The position numbers and the translations under genes were made by a program. The notes under the pieces were generated by a model that was not told the origin of the DNA, searched no databases, and was given only the letters and a program-made list of their open reading frames with translations. From positions 177,939-241,938 of the forward strand of contig CAVXQV010000009.1 of NCBI GenBank assembly GCA_963764035.1: a stretch of 64,000 bases of DNA. The letters run 5' to 3'. Shown here in pieces: positions 1 through 10,739 of this stretch (position 1 is the first letter of the stretch; every line of letters starts with the position of its first letter). This DNA is from an uncultured Verrucomicrobiae bacterium (GTDB taxonomy: Bacteria > Verrucomicrobiota > Verrucomicrobiia > Limisphaerales > UBA11358).

Positions 1-182
1 CGCGTTCGAGGTGGGTCATAATGAAACCCGATTTATGGACGCGGGGAGTGTGCGGCGGAATAGTGGTGGCGTCAATTCTGCCGTGCCGTTTCGGCAAATT
101 CCGCCGGGCCGGAGACCGGCGCTCCTTTTGTGTGTTTCGTGGTTTCCCATCCGTGTCCAAGGGCGAACCCGTAATCCGTGGT

Positions 183-593
183 TCAAAAAATCAGCTTGAG
201 CACGCCGGTGAGCACCTTGCCGGTGTAGAAATTCACCCATTGGCCGTTCGCATCCAAAAAGGCCAGGCAGCGGAACCCGTGGCATTGAACCCATTTCAGC
301 CGGGTCGCGTCCAAATAATCCGGGCGAAGGGGTTTGGGCTGGGGGTGGATGTTGATGGCCTCTTCCATCCACTTGCGTTGCAGTGACTTTCCCGCCGGCC
401 CGAACTTCACCAGCAATTTTTGATGATGTTCCTGCGCGGCTGTCAGCGCCTGTTCACGCCCGCCACGGGATTTATCCGAAAAGAAGGCCGAATGGGCTTT
501 GCCGTTGCGCGTCAGCCGCACAAAGAAACCGTGGTTATGTTTCTGCGGCTGGTCAATCCGGGAGATGCCTTTCATAGGGTTTGGCATGGGCAT
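183..593 (-). CDS. Small AP2-like DNA-binding domain protein
   Basis: ORF 183..824, probable start MPMPNPM at 593. KGISRIDQPQKHNHGFFVRLTRNGKAHSAFFSDKSRGGREQALTAA matches the bacterial AP2-like pattern (GxxR...VR...FS..KxG...Al..A). Confidence 0.55.
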   Translation of the reverse strand: MPMPNPMKGISRIDQPQKHNHGFFVRLTRNGKAHSAFFSDKSRGGREQALTAAQEHHQKLLVKFGPAGKSLQRKWMEEAINIHPQPKPLRPDYLDATRLKWVQCHGFRCLAFLDANGQWVNFYTGKVLTGVLKLIF

Positions 594-829
594 GACGTGA
601 TTCTGCACCGGAAATGGGGTGAAGGCAAGATTTAGAAAGTCTAAAGGCTGAAGGCTAAAGGCTGAAATCCGTGTCCATCCGCGTATAGCGGCGTGGCCTA
701 CGCAAAATGGCAAAACCCCCACGTGGCACCGCCGCCACGCGGCTTTACTCGGCGTCCATCCGTGGTCAAAGCCGCCGGTTTGTCCTGAAGCGGGACACTT
801 TCTGTCCCGAAAGACACAATCCAAGTTCT

Positions 830-1102
830 GTGTCTATAAGCACAGAGGCTGTGTTTGCAAGCACGGTCATTTTGTTTGCAATCAGAAAAAGCGTGTTTCC
901 AAGCACAACGTCCGTGTTCGCAAACAGAACGTTCGTGGCTATAAACAACGTGGCCCTGTTTGCAACCAGAGTCGTCGTGTTTGCCTTCACGATGTTCGTG
1001 TTTGGAAACACCGGAACCGTGTCGCGAATCACAACAACTTTGTTTGCAGGCAGAAACAGCGTGTTCGCAATCCGGCCGTTTGTGTCGGCAAACAAACCGC
1101 TC
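830..1102. repeat. Degenerate tandem array, 13 x 21 bp, palindromic core GTGTTTGCAAACAC plus 7 variable nt
   Basis: Units in exact 21-bp phase from 830 (gtgtctataagcacagaggct, gtgtttgcaagcacggtcatt, ttgtttgcaatcagaaaaagc ...) to 1082 (gtgtcggcaaacaaaccgctc). Confidence 0.9.
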
Positions 1103-1359
1103 CCGGCCCCCGTTTAATGACGATTCGTGGATCGTGATTTTTGCCGGGCGGGGAACCCCTTTTTCCGGTTTCCCTTCTTTTAAGCCTGCCGTCCCACTTG
1201 TATTAGAGACTAATGAAACATTTATTTCAGAAATTATTTTCTTATGACTTTGGCATCCCTTTCGCTTTAGTGATTCCTGTTAACGGAAACGACGTGAGTT
1301 CGCCGGGTGGCCTCCAACGGATGTTTCCATTTCATCAACAATTCAACAAAAGCTGAATT

Positions 1360-2007
1360 ATGAAAAAAACCACAGTAAGTATGGCATATCATCGGCTGCC
1401 GCCGCAGATGGTGGTTTCGGTCCTCGGAACCGTCATCACGGGAATGAAGGACAAGGCGGATCTTCCCAATCCGCCCGTGCCCCTCGAACCCGCGGTGCCG
1501 CCGGATCCGAATGCACCCGTGGACCTGACCACGCGCAAAGCACGGCTGGAAGCCGCGATTGAAGCGTCGGCGGTCGGCGGACAGGCGGATACGGCGGCCA
1601 AGAATGATGCGCTCGAGTTTGCCCTCGACGGATTAGACCAGGAGGCGTTTTACGTCCAACTGGTCTATCGTTACAACGTCACGGGCGTGCTCTCCACCGG
1701 CTTCGTGCCGGCGAGCACCAACCGCGCGCAGGTGGCATTGGACACTCCCGCCATCAGCAGCATTGACTCGGACGTGCCCGCGCAACTGACGTTGCACGTG
1801 ACGCCCATAGACAATGCGTATGGCTACGAGGTGCAGACGCGCACCGGCACGGGCGAATGGACCACGGTCCTGTATTCGTCCGCGGCGCGCTCGATCGTCC
1901 TGCCCGGATTGACCTCCGGCACGGCGACCGGCGTGCAGGTGCGGGCGCTGGGCGGCCTCACCGGCTACAGCGCCTGGAGCATGGCCGTCACGCGGTTCGT
2001 GCCCTGA
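1360..2007 (+). CDS. Hypothetical cytoplasmic protein, N-terminal helical region plus C-terminal fibronectin type III domain
   Basis: 215-aa ORF with no signal peptide. The C-terminus YGYEVQ...W...LPGLTSGT...VQVRALGG..GYSAWS..V is FN3-like. Followed by a terminator. Confidence 0.8.
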   Translation: MKKTTVSMAYHRLPPQMVVSVLGTVITGMKDKADLPNPPVPLEPAVPPDPNAPVDLTTRKARLEAAIEASAVGGQADTAAKNDALEFALDGLDQEAFYVQLVYRYNVTGVLSTGFVPASTNRAQVALDTPAISSIDSDVPAQLTLHVTPIDNAYGYEVQTRTGTGEWTTVLYSSAARSIVLPGLTSGTATGVQVRALGGLTGYSAWSMAVTRFVP

Positions 2008-2026
2008 TGCAAATGCCAGAACAGAG

Positions 2027-2056
2027 AAACGGCGCGTCGCAAGACGCGCCGTTTTT
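2027..2056 (+). terminator. Rho-independent terminator, possibly bidirectional
   Basis: aaacggcgcgtc-gcaa-gacgcgccgttt followed by a T-tract, between convergent genes. Confidence 0.8.
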
Positions 2057-2081
2057 TGTTGTGGAGCGTCGGCAGCGGTTT

Positions 2082-2984
2082 CTACTTCGGGGAGTTGGTC
2101 GCGGCGGCCTTCATTTGTTGGAAGGCATCCAGTTGCAACTGGAGATGGGCGGCGACTTCCTTCAGCTTTTCCGTCTGTTCCAGCTGCACTTGTGACAACT
2201 TGTTCCGGGCGGCTTCCAGCTCCGCGGGCGAACCGTTGCTTTGCGCCTTCACGACCTCCTGCGCGGCGGCATTGACTTGCGCCTCCATTTCGGCTCCGGC
2301 CTTGGTCAATTGGTTCAAAAACTCCTGGCGGAAAATCCGGGCGGCATCTTCCGGCGTGGCGGAGGCGATGTCGGGAATGAGCCGCAGGATTTCGTTGGTC
2401 AGGGCCGGCGTGAGCGGAACGCTTTTCGCGACCACGGGCGGTGACGCTTCCTCGGCCACATGGAGAATGGCGCGGGCCAGGTCATACGGGAGCGCCGGTT
2501 CCCATTCGGGCCGGAGTTGCGCCAGGGATTCCTTCCGCTCTCCGTCGGCCACGGTCACGCCCAGAAAACAGGCTTCGCCCTTCTCCAGGTTGAAGGGTCG
2601 CAGTCCGTCGCCCGTCGCCGCATCGGCATTGGCTTCCGCCGCCGAGATGTTCCGGATGACCTGGATTTTTGCCGGGTTCGCGTCTTGAAATTCGGACAGC
2701 AGATGGTCCACCCGTTGTGAAAAATCCTGAAGCGCCTGCGAGGAGCTTCCGGCAGGCAGGATCGAATAAAACCGGATTTGCACCGGCGAATTCAACCCGC
2801 GCAACAAATCAAGGGTGTCTCCGGATAGCCCCGAGGCGCCGTGCCTTGGCGACCGGTCTTTGCCGTATTCAAACCACGCAAAGGTCAGGCCAACTCCCAG
2901 CAAAAAGCAAACCAGCGCGAGGACCGGCGCGCGACGGCCCGGGCGTGTGGGCGGCCGTGGGGCGTTGGCAGAAGCTGAATTCAT
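2082..2984 (-). CDS. GldG/ABC-auxiliary N-terminal-like membrane-anchored protein with C-terminal coiled coil
   Basis: TM helix, then LSGDTLDLLRGLNSPVQIRFYS...LLSEF.......IQV, resembling the GldG N-terminal domain. Q/E/A-rich helical tail. Confidence 0.6.
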   Translation of the reverse strand: MNSASANAPRPPTRPGRRAPVLALVCFLLGVGLTFAWFEYGKDRSPRHGASGLSGDTLDLLRGLNSPVQIRFYSILPAGSSSQALQDFSQRVDHLLSEFQDANPAKIQVIRNISAAEANADAATGDGLRPFNLEKGEACFLGVTVADGERKESLAQLRPEWEPALPYDLARAILHVAEEASPPVVAKSVPLTPALTNEILRLIPDIASATPEDAARIFRQEFLNQLTKAGAEMEAQVNAAAQEVVKAQSNGSPAELEAARNKLSQVQLEQTEKLKEVAAHLQLQLDAFQQMKAAATNSPK

Positions 2985-3185
2985 CAGGCGGTGTCTCCGG
3001 TTTTTTTGCCTTGTTCTCTAATTTTGGACATTATGTGAATCCGTCCATTTCAAGTAAAGCCGGCAGATATAAAAAAGGCGGATAATCACCATCAAAAGCG
3101 TTATTGGGACAATTTTTGGCAAGAATACGGCAAGAGAGGTTTAGCCTTTGACTCCAGCTAATTTTACTCTTAACTGAAAAAGAAC

Positions 3186-4980
3186 ATGCCGCTTCGAAGT
3201 TCAACCGGTGGTTTGTGGTTTTGGCGTCGCCCGAAAGCCTTGCGCAGCGCGACTCATTTGTTCCTGTCCGCGCTGGCGGCGCTGCTTTCCACCACCGCCC
3301 TGCGGGCACAGTCGGTCCAGCACCTGAGCACGACCCAGCCGGGCGGGATGCCGGGGCTGCCGGTCATGGGCGGGATTGAGCAACTGACCAACGGCGTGCA
3401 AATCACCTGGGACGGCCCGTCCGGTTATTATCAGGTCTATCAAAAAAGCAACAGCCTGAACGCGCCGTGGGTGGCGCTGGGCAAGGCCACCAATCTGGTC
3501 CGCAACGCCGCCATCACCAAGCTTTACAGCAACGCCTTTTTCCGCGTCTCCGGCCCGGCGCCGAAATATGCCGGCTCGAAGGTCTGCATTACCTGCCATT
3601 CGAGCGTCTGCCGTTACGAGACGAACACGCCGCACGCCAGCGCCTTCAGCAGCGCCGATGTTCAAGGCGCCGGGCGGCCAGACCAACACGTCGTGCCTGC
3701 CCTGCCACACGGTGGGTTACGGCTTGCCGACCGGGTTCAATCTGACCAACCACGGCGGAGTTTTCTCCTACTCCACCAATCTGGCCGGCGTGCAGTGCGA
3801 GAATTGCCACGGCCCGGCGGCCAATCACGCGGCCAGCGCCGGATGATCCCACCGTGCGTCCCGCGGGTTGAAATCGCCGCCACCGTTTGCGGCGGCTGCC
3901 ACACCGCCAGCCACAGCCGCCTACACCAATCGCGCCGACGTTTGAGGAATGGTCGCGCCAGCGGCCACGCCGCCGTGGTGCCGGATGCGCTGCAAGTCCA
4001 TGAGTTCCTCCACCAACAACATCCGCAGTTGCGGCGTCTGCCATTCCGGTTCCGCCCGGCTGGCGTTGATCGGCGGACATGAATCCCGCCGTCACGCTCA
4101 CGAACGATTACAATGTCCCGCATCACCTGCGCCGTCTGCCACGACCCGCACGCGACCAATGCCAATCCGGTGCAACTGCGCAATCCGGTCTCCTCCACCA
4201 ATTATTTTCGCGCTGACCAGCGCGGACGTGGCCACCGTGGCGGCGTTCACCAACAAATACAACGCGAGCACCAACATCAATCTTTGCGCCCAGTGCCACA
4301 ATGACCGCGGGGCGGCGTGGACGGACACCGTCGCGCGCGCCGCATCATTCGGTGCAATACAATTTCCTGCTCGGCTCCGTCGGCGAATTGCTGGACGGCC
4401 CGGCCACTTTCAATCCGGGAACCCACGCCGGCCTGCCGTCGTCCGCCATTTATTCGATTTCCGGCACGTTTTACCTGACCAACCAATGCGTGGCCTGCCA
4501 CATGCAGCCGGACGGCAGCGCGGTGCGCCGAATCATTCCACCTTGATCACGAGCGACACAGTCTGCTTGAACTGTCATCGTCATCCGCCGGCGGATCTGG
4601 AGGAATACTATCTGACGCCGGCCATCTCCAACAAGGTCACCACGCTGATCACGGCCTTGAACCACTGGGCCGCCGCGCCAGACCAACGCGCTGCTCGCCG
4701 ACCAACGGCGTGGTGGCGTGGGAATACACGACGCCCGGCGGCTTGACCTGGCAGACCAATTCGTCCGGCAACGTGACGGGCTGGACGCTGGACAATCCGG
4801 TGAAGTTCACCGGGCCGAGCGCCGCCGGCCAGGCGTTGATTCCGCGATCAACATCAAAAAGGCGCGGTTCAATTTGTATCTCGTTTTGAACGACGGCAGT
4901 TTTGGCGTTCACAATCCGATGCTTGCCCTCAACCTGTTGAACGCCGCCGCAAATCTGGATGGTGCAGGTGTCTGCAATGA
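3186..4980 (+). CDS. Secreted multiheme c-type cytochrome (about 9 CxxCH), broken by several single-base frameshifts
   Basis: Signal-like N-terminus. CITCH, CLPCH, CENCH, CGGCH, CGVCH, CAVCH, CAQCH, CVACH and CLNCH occur across frames. C-terminal ARFNLYLVLNDGSFGVHNP motif. End approximate (ATGA overlap at 4977-4980). Confidence 0.8.
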
Positions 4981-5880
4981 ATCAAATTTTCGCATACAAG
5001 CGACGCAAATCGCATGAAAACATTTCCATTCCTCCACCAGCTGTTGCCCCGCTCGCGTGGCTGCGCGGCGCGGTCGCTCTGGCCGCCGGCGCGGGCGTTC
5101 TGCTGCTGGCGGCGATTTCCTGCAGCACCATCAACCGCCAGGCCGTGGTGCTGCCGGACGTGCCGGGCGCGAAATACGTCGGCTCCGCGGAATGCGAACA
5201 ATGCCACGACGAGATTTGCCGCAGCTTCAAGACCGCCGACCATGCGCGGCTCATCGCCCAGGGCAAGAACGGACTCGACGCCGGCTGCGAATCCTGCCAC
5301 GGCCCGTGCAGCTTGCACGAGGATTCGGGCGGCGACGTCAAACCGCCTTACAGCTTCACCGCCGGCCGGCCGCAGCCGGACAGCATTGAGCGGCGCGGTT
5401 CCCGCTGGAACCGGCGCGCGCCATCGAGACCGCCTGTTACCAATGCCACATGGACGTGCGCGGCCAGTTCAATCTGCCCAGCCATCATCCCGTGCCCGAA
5501 GGCCGGATGACCTGCATCCAATGCCATCCGCCGCACAAGGGCATCGCCTTTGCCGGCGGCAGCACGCAGTTGCTGTCGCAGGAGGAAAACTGCCTGCAAT
5601 GCCATCCGGCCCAGCAGGGGCCGTTTGTGTTTGAGCACGAGGCGATGCGCGAAGGCTGCACCACCTGCCATTCGCCGCACGGCAGCGTCAACGCCAAGAT
5701 GCTCACCGAACGCAACGCGAACCTGTGCCTGAAATGCCATTTCCAGCAGGTCAAGGACGGCGGCGATCCTGATCGGCGGCGTGGACCACACGTCGACGTT
5801 TGAGCCAGGGCACCTGCTGGAGCGCCGGCTGCCACGAGGCGGTCCACGGTTCGCGCGTGAGTCCGTCCTTGAGATTTTAA
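4977..5880 (+). CDS. MtrA/DmsE-like multiheme cytochrome c lipoprotein (8 heme sites), frameshifted
   Basis: Lipobox-like LLAAISC. YVGSAECEQCH, CESCHGP, CYQCH, SHHPVPEGRMTCIQCH, CLQCH, GPFVFEH...CTTCHSPHGS, CLKCH and terminal CWSAGCHEAVHGS follow MtrA/DmsE spacing. Confidence 0.85.
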
Positions 5881-5898
5881 CCGACGCCACGGAAGCCG

Positions 5899-8047
5899 AT
5901 GAAAAATAAAATCCCGCAAATCCAAAAAAGCTTCCGCGCCGCGCGCGGCAGGCCGGTTTCGGGCGATATGTCGTCGGCGCGTCGCTCCTTGTCTGGGCGC
6001 GCAGGCGCAGGCGGGCGACGCGCGTCACGCCGGAGCAGATTTACGAAGGCGGCACCAACACTTACAGCAACTGGATTGAACTGTCCGCCGGCGGCCTGAT
6101 GACCAGGGCAACGCGGCGCAGGCGCGAACAGCAGGAACAGCCTCAACACCGGCGCCTTCGGCGGCATCGAGGACCTGCATTACCAGACGGACGTCGCCAA
6201 GAAGACCACGTTCACCGTGGACGGCCATTCCATTTTCGACGATCACGATTACAGGTCGGCCTCGGCCTGGACCGCGATGACCTCGGCTTTGTCCGTTTCA
6301 GCTTTGAGAATTTCCGCACCTGGGATTCCGGCAACGGCGGCTATTCGCCGCCGAACGGCACTGCCTATCCGAGCTGCCGGGCGACGCGCTGGCGCTGGAT
6401 CGCGGCAAGATTTCGTTGGAGGCGGCCTGACCAAAGAAGACCTGCCCCAAATCACCTTCAAATACACCCACACTTATCGCAACGGCGAGAAAAGCTCGAC
6501 GCTCTGGGGCGCCCGTCCATGGTCCATGCGGCAACGTCTACCGGGTGTATCCGGCGATCTGACGACATTGACGAAACGTCCGACACCTTCCAACTCGACC
6601 TGACGCATCACTACAAAAAAGTCAATTACGGCGCTGGGCGTCAGCTATCGAAACCGGCGAGCTTGAACGACGCCAACTATCTGACGTTGTATTCCGGACA
6701 ACCCGCCCAGCAAAAAGTCACCGACCAGCAGGACACCTCCTACGACATGTTGAGCGCCCATGCCTTCGCCGAAACCTGGCTCAAGGACAACCTGTTTCTC
6801 TCCACCGGCTTCATGTTCGCCAACCTGGACGACACCTTCACCGGCAGCCGGATTTACGGGGACGATTTTGACGTGGTTTATTCACCGACTTATCCGGCGG
6901 CCGGCTATGGGCTACACCAACCTCAACGGCGGCGCGCACAAGAACGAGTATGTCGAGAACGTCAACCTGATGTGGCTGCCGACCAAGAATTTCACCATCA
7001 CTCCCTCGTTGCGCGTGCAAAAGGAGGATTGGAACGCCAACTCTTCCGGCATGGGCACGCTGGACACCGGCGAGCGAAGCAGCCGTTTACCACCAACAGC
7101 GGACGCGATTCGCTCGACGTGACGCGAACGCCTGGATGCGCGTTACACCGGCGTGACCAACTGGGTCTTCACCGCCGGCGGCCAATGGACCGAAGGCCAG
7201 GGCAATTTGAATGAAAACGGCGGGCTGACCCAGGTCAACGGCATCGGCCCGGCTGCCGGTGCAATTTGCGACCGATGACTCGCGCCTGTTCCAAAAATAT
7301 TCCGTCAACGCCCGCTGGTATCCCGTCGCCAGACCAGCATTGACTTCGGCGGCTATTACAAAATCAACCGCTACAATTACAACAACACCCAGGACAGCAC
7401 CGCCAACGCCAACGCCAGCAACGGCGGCAACCTGTCGGCCTATCCGGGCTTCCTCGTCTATCAGGGATTTCAAACCTGGACGGCAACGTCCGCCTCACGC
7501 TGCATCCCTGTTCACAAGGTCACGCTGGTCAGCCGCTACGAATATCAAACTTCCACCATCAATACCGAGCCGGCTTCGGCTTCCGGCTTGGGCGAGGTGG
7601 ATACCTCGCGGATGCTCACCCACATCATCGGCCAGAACGCGAGCTGGACGCCGTTGAACTGGCTTAGCCTGCAGGCCGGATTCAATTACGTCATCAGCGA
7701 AACCAAGACGCCGGCGGCCGGCTACACCCAGTCCATCCTCAATTCGCAAAACAATTACTGGACGGTCAATTTCAACTCCGGCTTTGTGCTGGACGACAAG
7801 ACGGATTTGAACCTCGGCTATTATTATTATCGCGCCGACGACTGGCCAGAACCGCCTGGCGCGATGGCGTGCCCTCGGCGCCGGCGCGGAGGAACACAGC
7901 GTCACCGCCACGCTCACCCGGCGCATCACCAAAAATCTGCGCTGGAACCTGAAATACGCCTACACCCATTACGACGACATCGCGTCCTCCGGCCAGTTCA
8001 GCTACGACGCCCACCTCATTTATTCCAGCCTCCAATACCGCTTTTGA
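5899..8047 (+). CDS. MtrB/PioB-like outer-membrane beta-barrel porin, frameshifted
   Basis: Directly follows the MtrA-like gene. Alternating beta-strand pattern in several frames. Ends ...LRWNLKYAYTHYDD...LIYSSLQYRF* (terminal Phe). Confidence 0.75.
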
Positions 8048-8585
8048 CCGGCCCGCAGGCGGCGCGGGATGCAGGGATACCACTCACGATTTTTCGTCAG
8101 GAATTGTCCCGGTTCTTCCGGGAGCGCCGAACTCCGATCCGGCGCGTCGTTAAAGAGTCATTTCGAGCCGGATCGGAGTTCGGCGCTCCGCTGTTGGCCG
8201 CGTTTTTTTGTCCGTGTCCAACCGTGTTGCTGTCTGTGAAGGTTTTGTTTGCCTGACTTAAATCCATTCCATCGGTGTTCATCCCTGGTTGCAAATCTTT
8301 TGTGCCCCGTGCGCTTTTTTGCGGCCAAACCCGCCGCTAATCCGGCTCCGCCCCGCTGCTATGTCTTAAATAACTGGAATCCGCGCAATCCCCGTAATCC
8401 GTGGTTGAAATGGCAATAGCTGAAAGCAGAAAGCTGCCAGTGAAATAGGCCAGGCCATTTCACGGGCCGGGAGAAATCGGAAATCCGCGCCATTCCACCT
8501 TCGCACGCTTCGGCGCGGCAAGCCGCGATTCTCCCATTGGAAGGGCGAAGGGCATCTCCCGTGGCCGTGAGCAGCGGGTTCCGCC

Positions 8586-8819
8586 TTAAACCGCAGCCGT
8601 TTCAGCACTGCGCCTGCCCCGGCCGTGGTTCAAATTGAACAATTGCTTCGTTCCGGGGAAATAGCCGATGATATTAAACCGGCCCATCGGTTCTTGTTTC
8701 GCAATATCAATGGCAGCTCGGATGGTTATGAAATCTTTGCCTTCACCGGCATTTTTCGTCCATTGACTGTCGCTGGTGAGATATTCCAGCTTCTCCGCGT
8801 CTTCGACAAGGGTCTTCAT
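8586..8819 (-). CDS. Small hypothetical protein (77 aa)
   Basis: MKTLVEDAEKLEYLTSDSQWTKNAGEGKDF... has plausible globular composition. No family recognised. Confidence 0.5.
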   Translation of the reverse strand: MKTLVEDAEKLEYLTSDSQWTKNAGEGKDFITIRAAIDIAKQEPMGRFNIIGYFPGTKQLFNLNHGRGRRSAETAAV

Positions 8820-9412
8820 GACGGACATCCTGGCAGGTTGGCCCGGACAACACGCATACAATCGGCGGATATTTCCGGAGCAGCCGTGCATACCGACCGA
8901 GGGTTGAAGGCGTCGGGCGGAGGACTGAAGATTTACCAATGACGATTTGCGAATTGCGAATTGAAAAGGGCGACCAAATCAAAACGCTGAAATCCGCGTC
9001 ATCCGCGGTTAATTATTTTCCCCGATCAACCCTCACCTGTCCAAGCGTCTTCCCTCATCCGGCTTTGCCACGTTGACTCACTCGCTCCCGCTCACTCGGC
9101 CCTTGCGGGCTTTCGGCCCTGCCAAACTCCTCTCACCGTTTCCCGAACGGTTCGAGTCTCCCGCCACCGCAGGCGAAGGGATTTTTCCCGGCTCCGGCTG
9201 TTGGAGAGCCTGGATGAAATTATCCATGCCGGCCGGCAGCGCCCGGTTCTGCCGGCATGACACTTATGTCTCCTCCAAATAGAGGTTCCCGGCGTGACGC
9301 TTGCCTTTAATCTGATAAGCATTTTCCCTATCCGCCGCGTTTCGCCGGCCCTATGCGCGCGTGTCATAAAATGAACTTGAATGCCCGGCAGTCTGTCAGC
9401 TAATCTTGTATC

Positions 9413-10635
9413 GTGAAATTTAGTTCCATTGCAAAAATCAGGCCGCTCTCCGGACGCCGGCTCAATCTACCCGTCTGGCTGTTGCCGATGGTGGTTTTGG
9501 GGCTGCTGGCCGCCGGCTGCCACCGCGATGACGTCAAGGTCTATCGCATCGCGAAGGACCAGGACCAGGCGTCGCAGAGCCAAATGGCCCCGGCTCTGCC
9601 CACGGATTCGCCCAATCCGGGGCTTCCGCCCGGCCACCCGGACGTTTCTTCCATGCCCGGCGGTTCGGCCGGTGCCGGCGCTGCCCCGGCGCAATTGACC
9701 TGGAAGACCCCGGCGGGCTGGACCGAACAGGCTCCGCCGGCGAAATGCGCGTGGCCTCGTTCAAGGTGGCGGGCGCGAACGGCAAACAGGTGGACGTGAG
9801 CGTGATTCCCCTGCCCGGCATGGCCGGGACCGATTCGGCCAACGTCAACCGCTGGCGCGGCCAGGTCGGCCTGCCGACGGTGACGGACGATGAATTGCAG
9901 AAGACGGCGGAGAATGTCGTCGCCGGCGGCCAGCCGGCGCAGCTTTACGATCTCGCCGGAAAAAACCCGGCCAGCGGCGACACCGAACGGATTGTCGGCG
10001 TCATCCAGCATCGCGACGGCATGACGTGGTTTTACAAAATGACCGGCGACGCCGATCTGGCCGAGCAGCAGAAGCCGGCGTTCGTCGAATTTCTCAAATC
10101 GCTCAACTTTGGCGCGGCGGCGCAGTCACAGCCGGAAATGCCGGCGGGCCATCCGGCGGCCGGCGGCGACATGGGCGCGCTCCTGTCCGCCCCCGCGGCG
10201 GCTTCCAGCGCGAGCAAGCCCAACTGGCAGGTGCCGGCGGGCTGGCAGGAAGTTCCGGCGGCGCAATTTCTACTGGCCGAGTATTCCATCGCCGGCGCGG
10301 GCGGGGCCAAAGCGGAGGTGAACGTGGCCCAGTTGAGCGGTGACGGCGGCGGGTTGCTGGCGAACGTCAATCGCTGGCGCCGGCAAATCGGTTTGGCCGC
10401 GCTGGACGAAAACAGCCTGGCCGGCGCGGCGACGGCCCTGGATGTCACCGGCGGCAAGGCGACATTGGTGGACATGACCGGCACGGACATGCGCACCAGC
10501 CAGCCCACGCGGCTGGTCGGCGTGATTGTGCCGATGAACGGCCAGACCTGGTTTTACAAATTGATGGGCGACTCCGGCGTGGTCGAAAGCCAGAAGGCGG
10601 CGTTCACCCAGTTTGTTCAGGGAGTGAAGTATTAA
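9413..10635 (+). CDS. Lipoprotein with duplicated domain, first gene of the cytochrome c maturation operon (one frameshift near 9740)
   Basis: Lipobox LLAAGC. LPPGHP and MPAGHP motifs. Two copies of W..PaGW.E...ANVNRWR.QvGL...TWFYKM/LmGD. Joins ORFs 9413..9799 and 9745..10635. Confidence 0.75.
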
Positions 10636-10667
10636 ATTGAGTCCCGCTCAAAACATGACAATGAAAC

Positions 10668-10732
10668 GGAGCGCGGACGGCTCATCCGCGAGTTCCTGCT
10701 TTCGCGCTACGCGAACGAGCCGTCCGCGCTCC
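10668..10732. repeat. REP/REPIN-like inverted pair
   Basis: ggagcgcggacggctc ... gagccgtccgcgctcc, perfect 16-bp inverted repeat. Related copy at 24374..24442. Confidence 0.75.
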
Positions 10733-10739
10733 TCCTGAA

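Noticed and set aside
830..1102. CRISPR interpretation of the 21-bp arrays (also 29840, 54321, 59480)
   Set aside because: Units are too short and degenerate, there is no invariant repeat with unique 30-40 nt spacers, and no cas genes are in the window.
3186..4980. Calling the 9-heme protein NrfA, HAO or MtrC
   Set aside because: It shares only a C-terminal DGSxGVHNP motif. No CxxCK was seen, the heme spacing is not MtrC-like, and frameshifts prevent a firm assignment.
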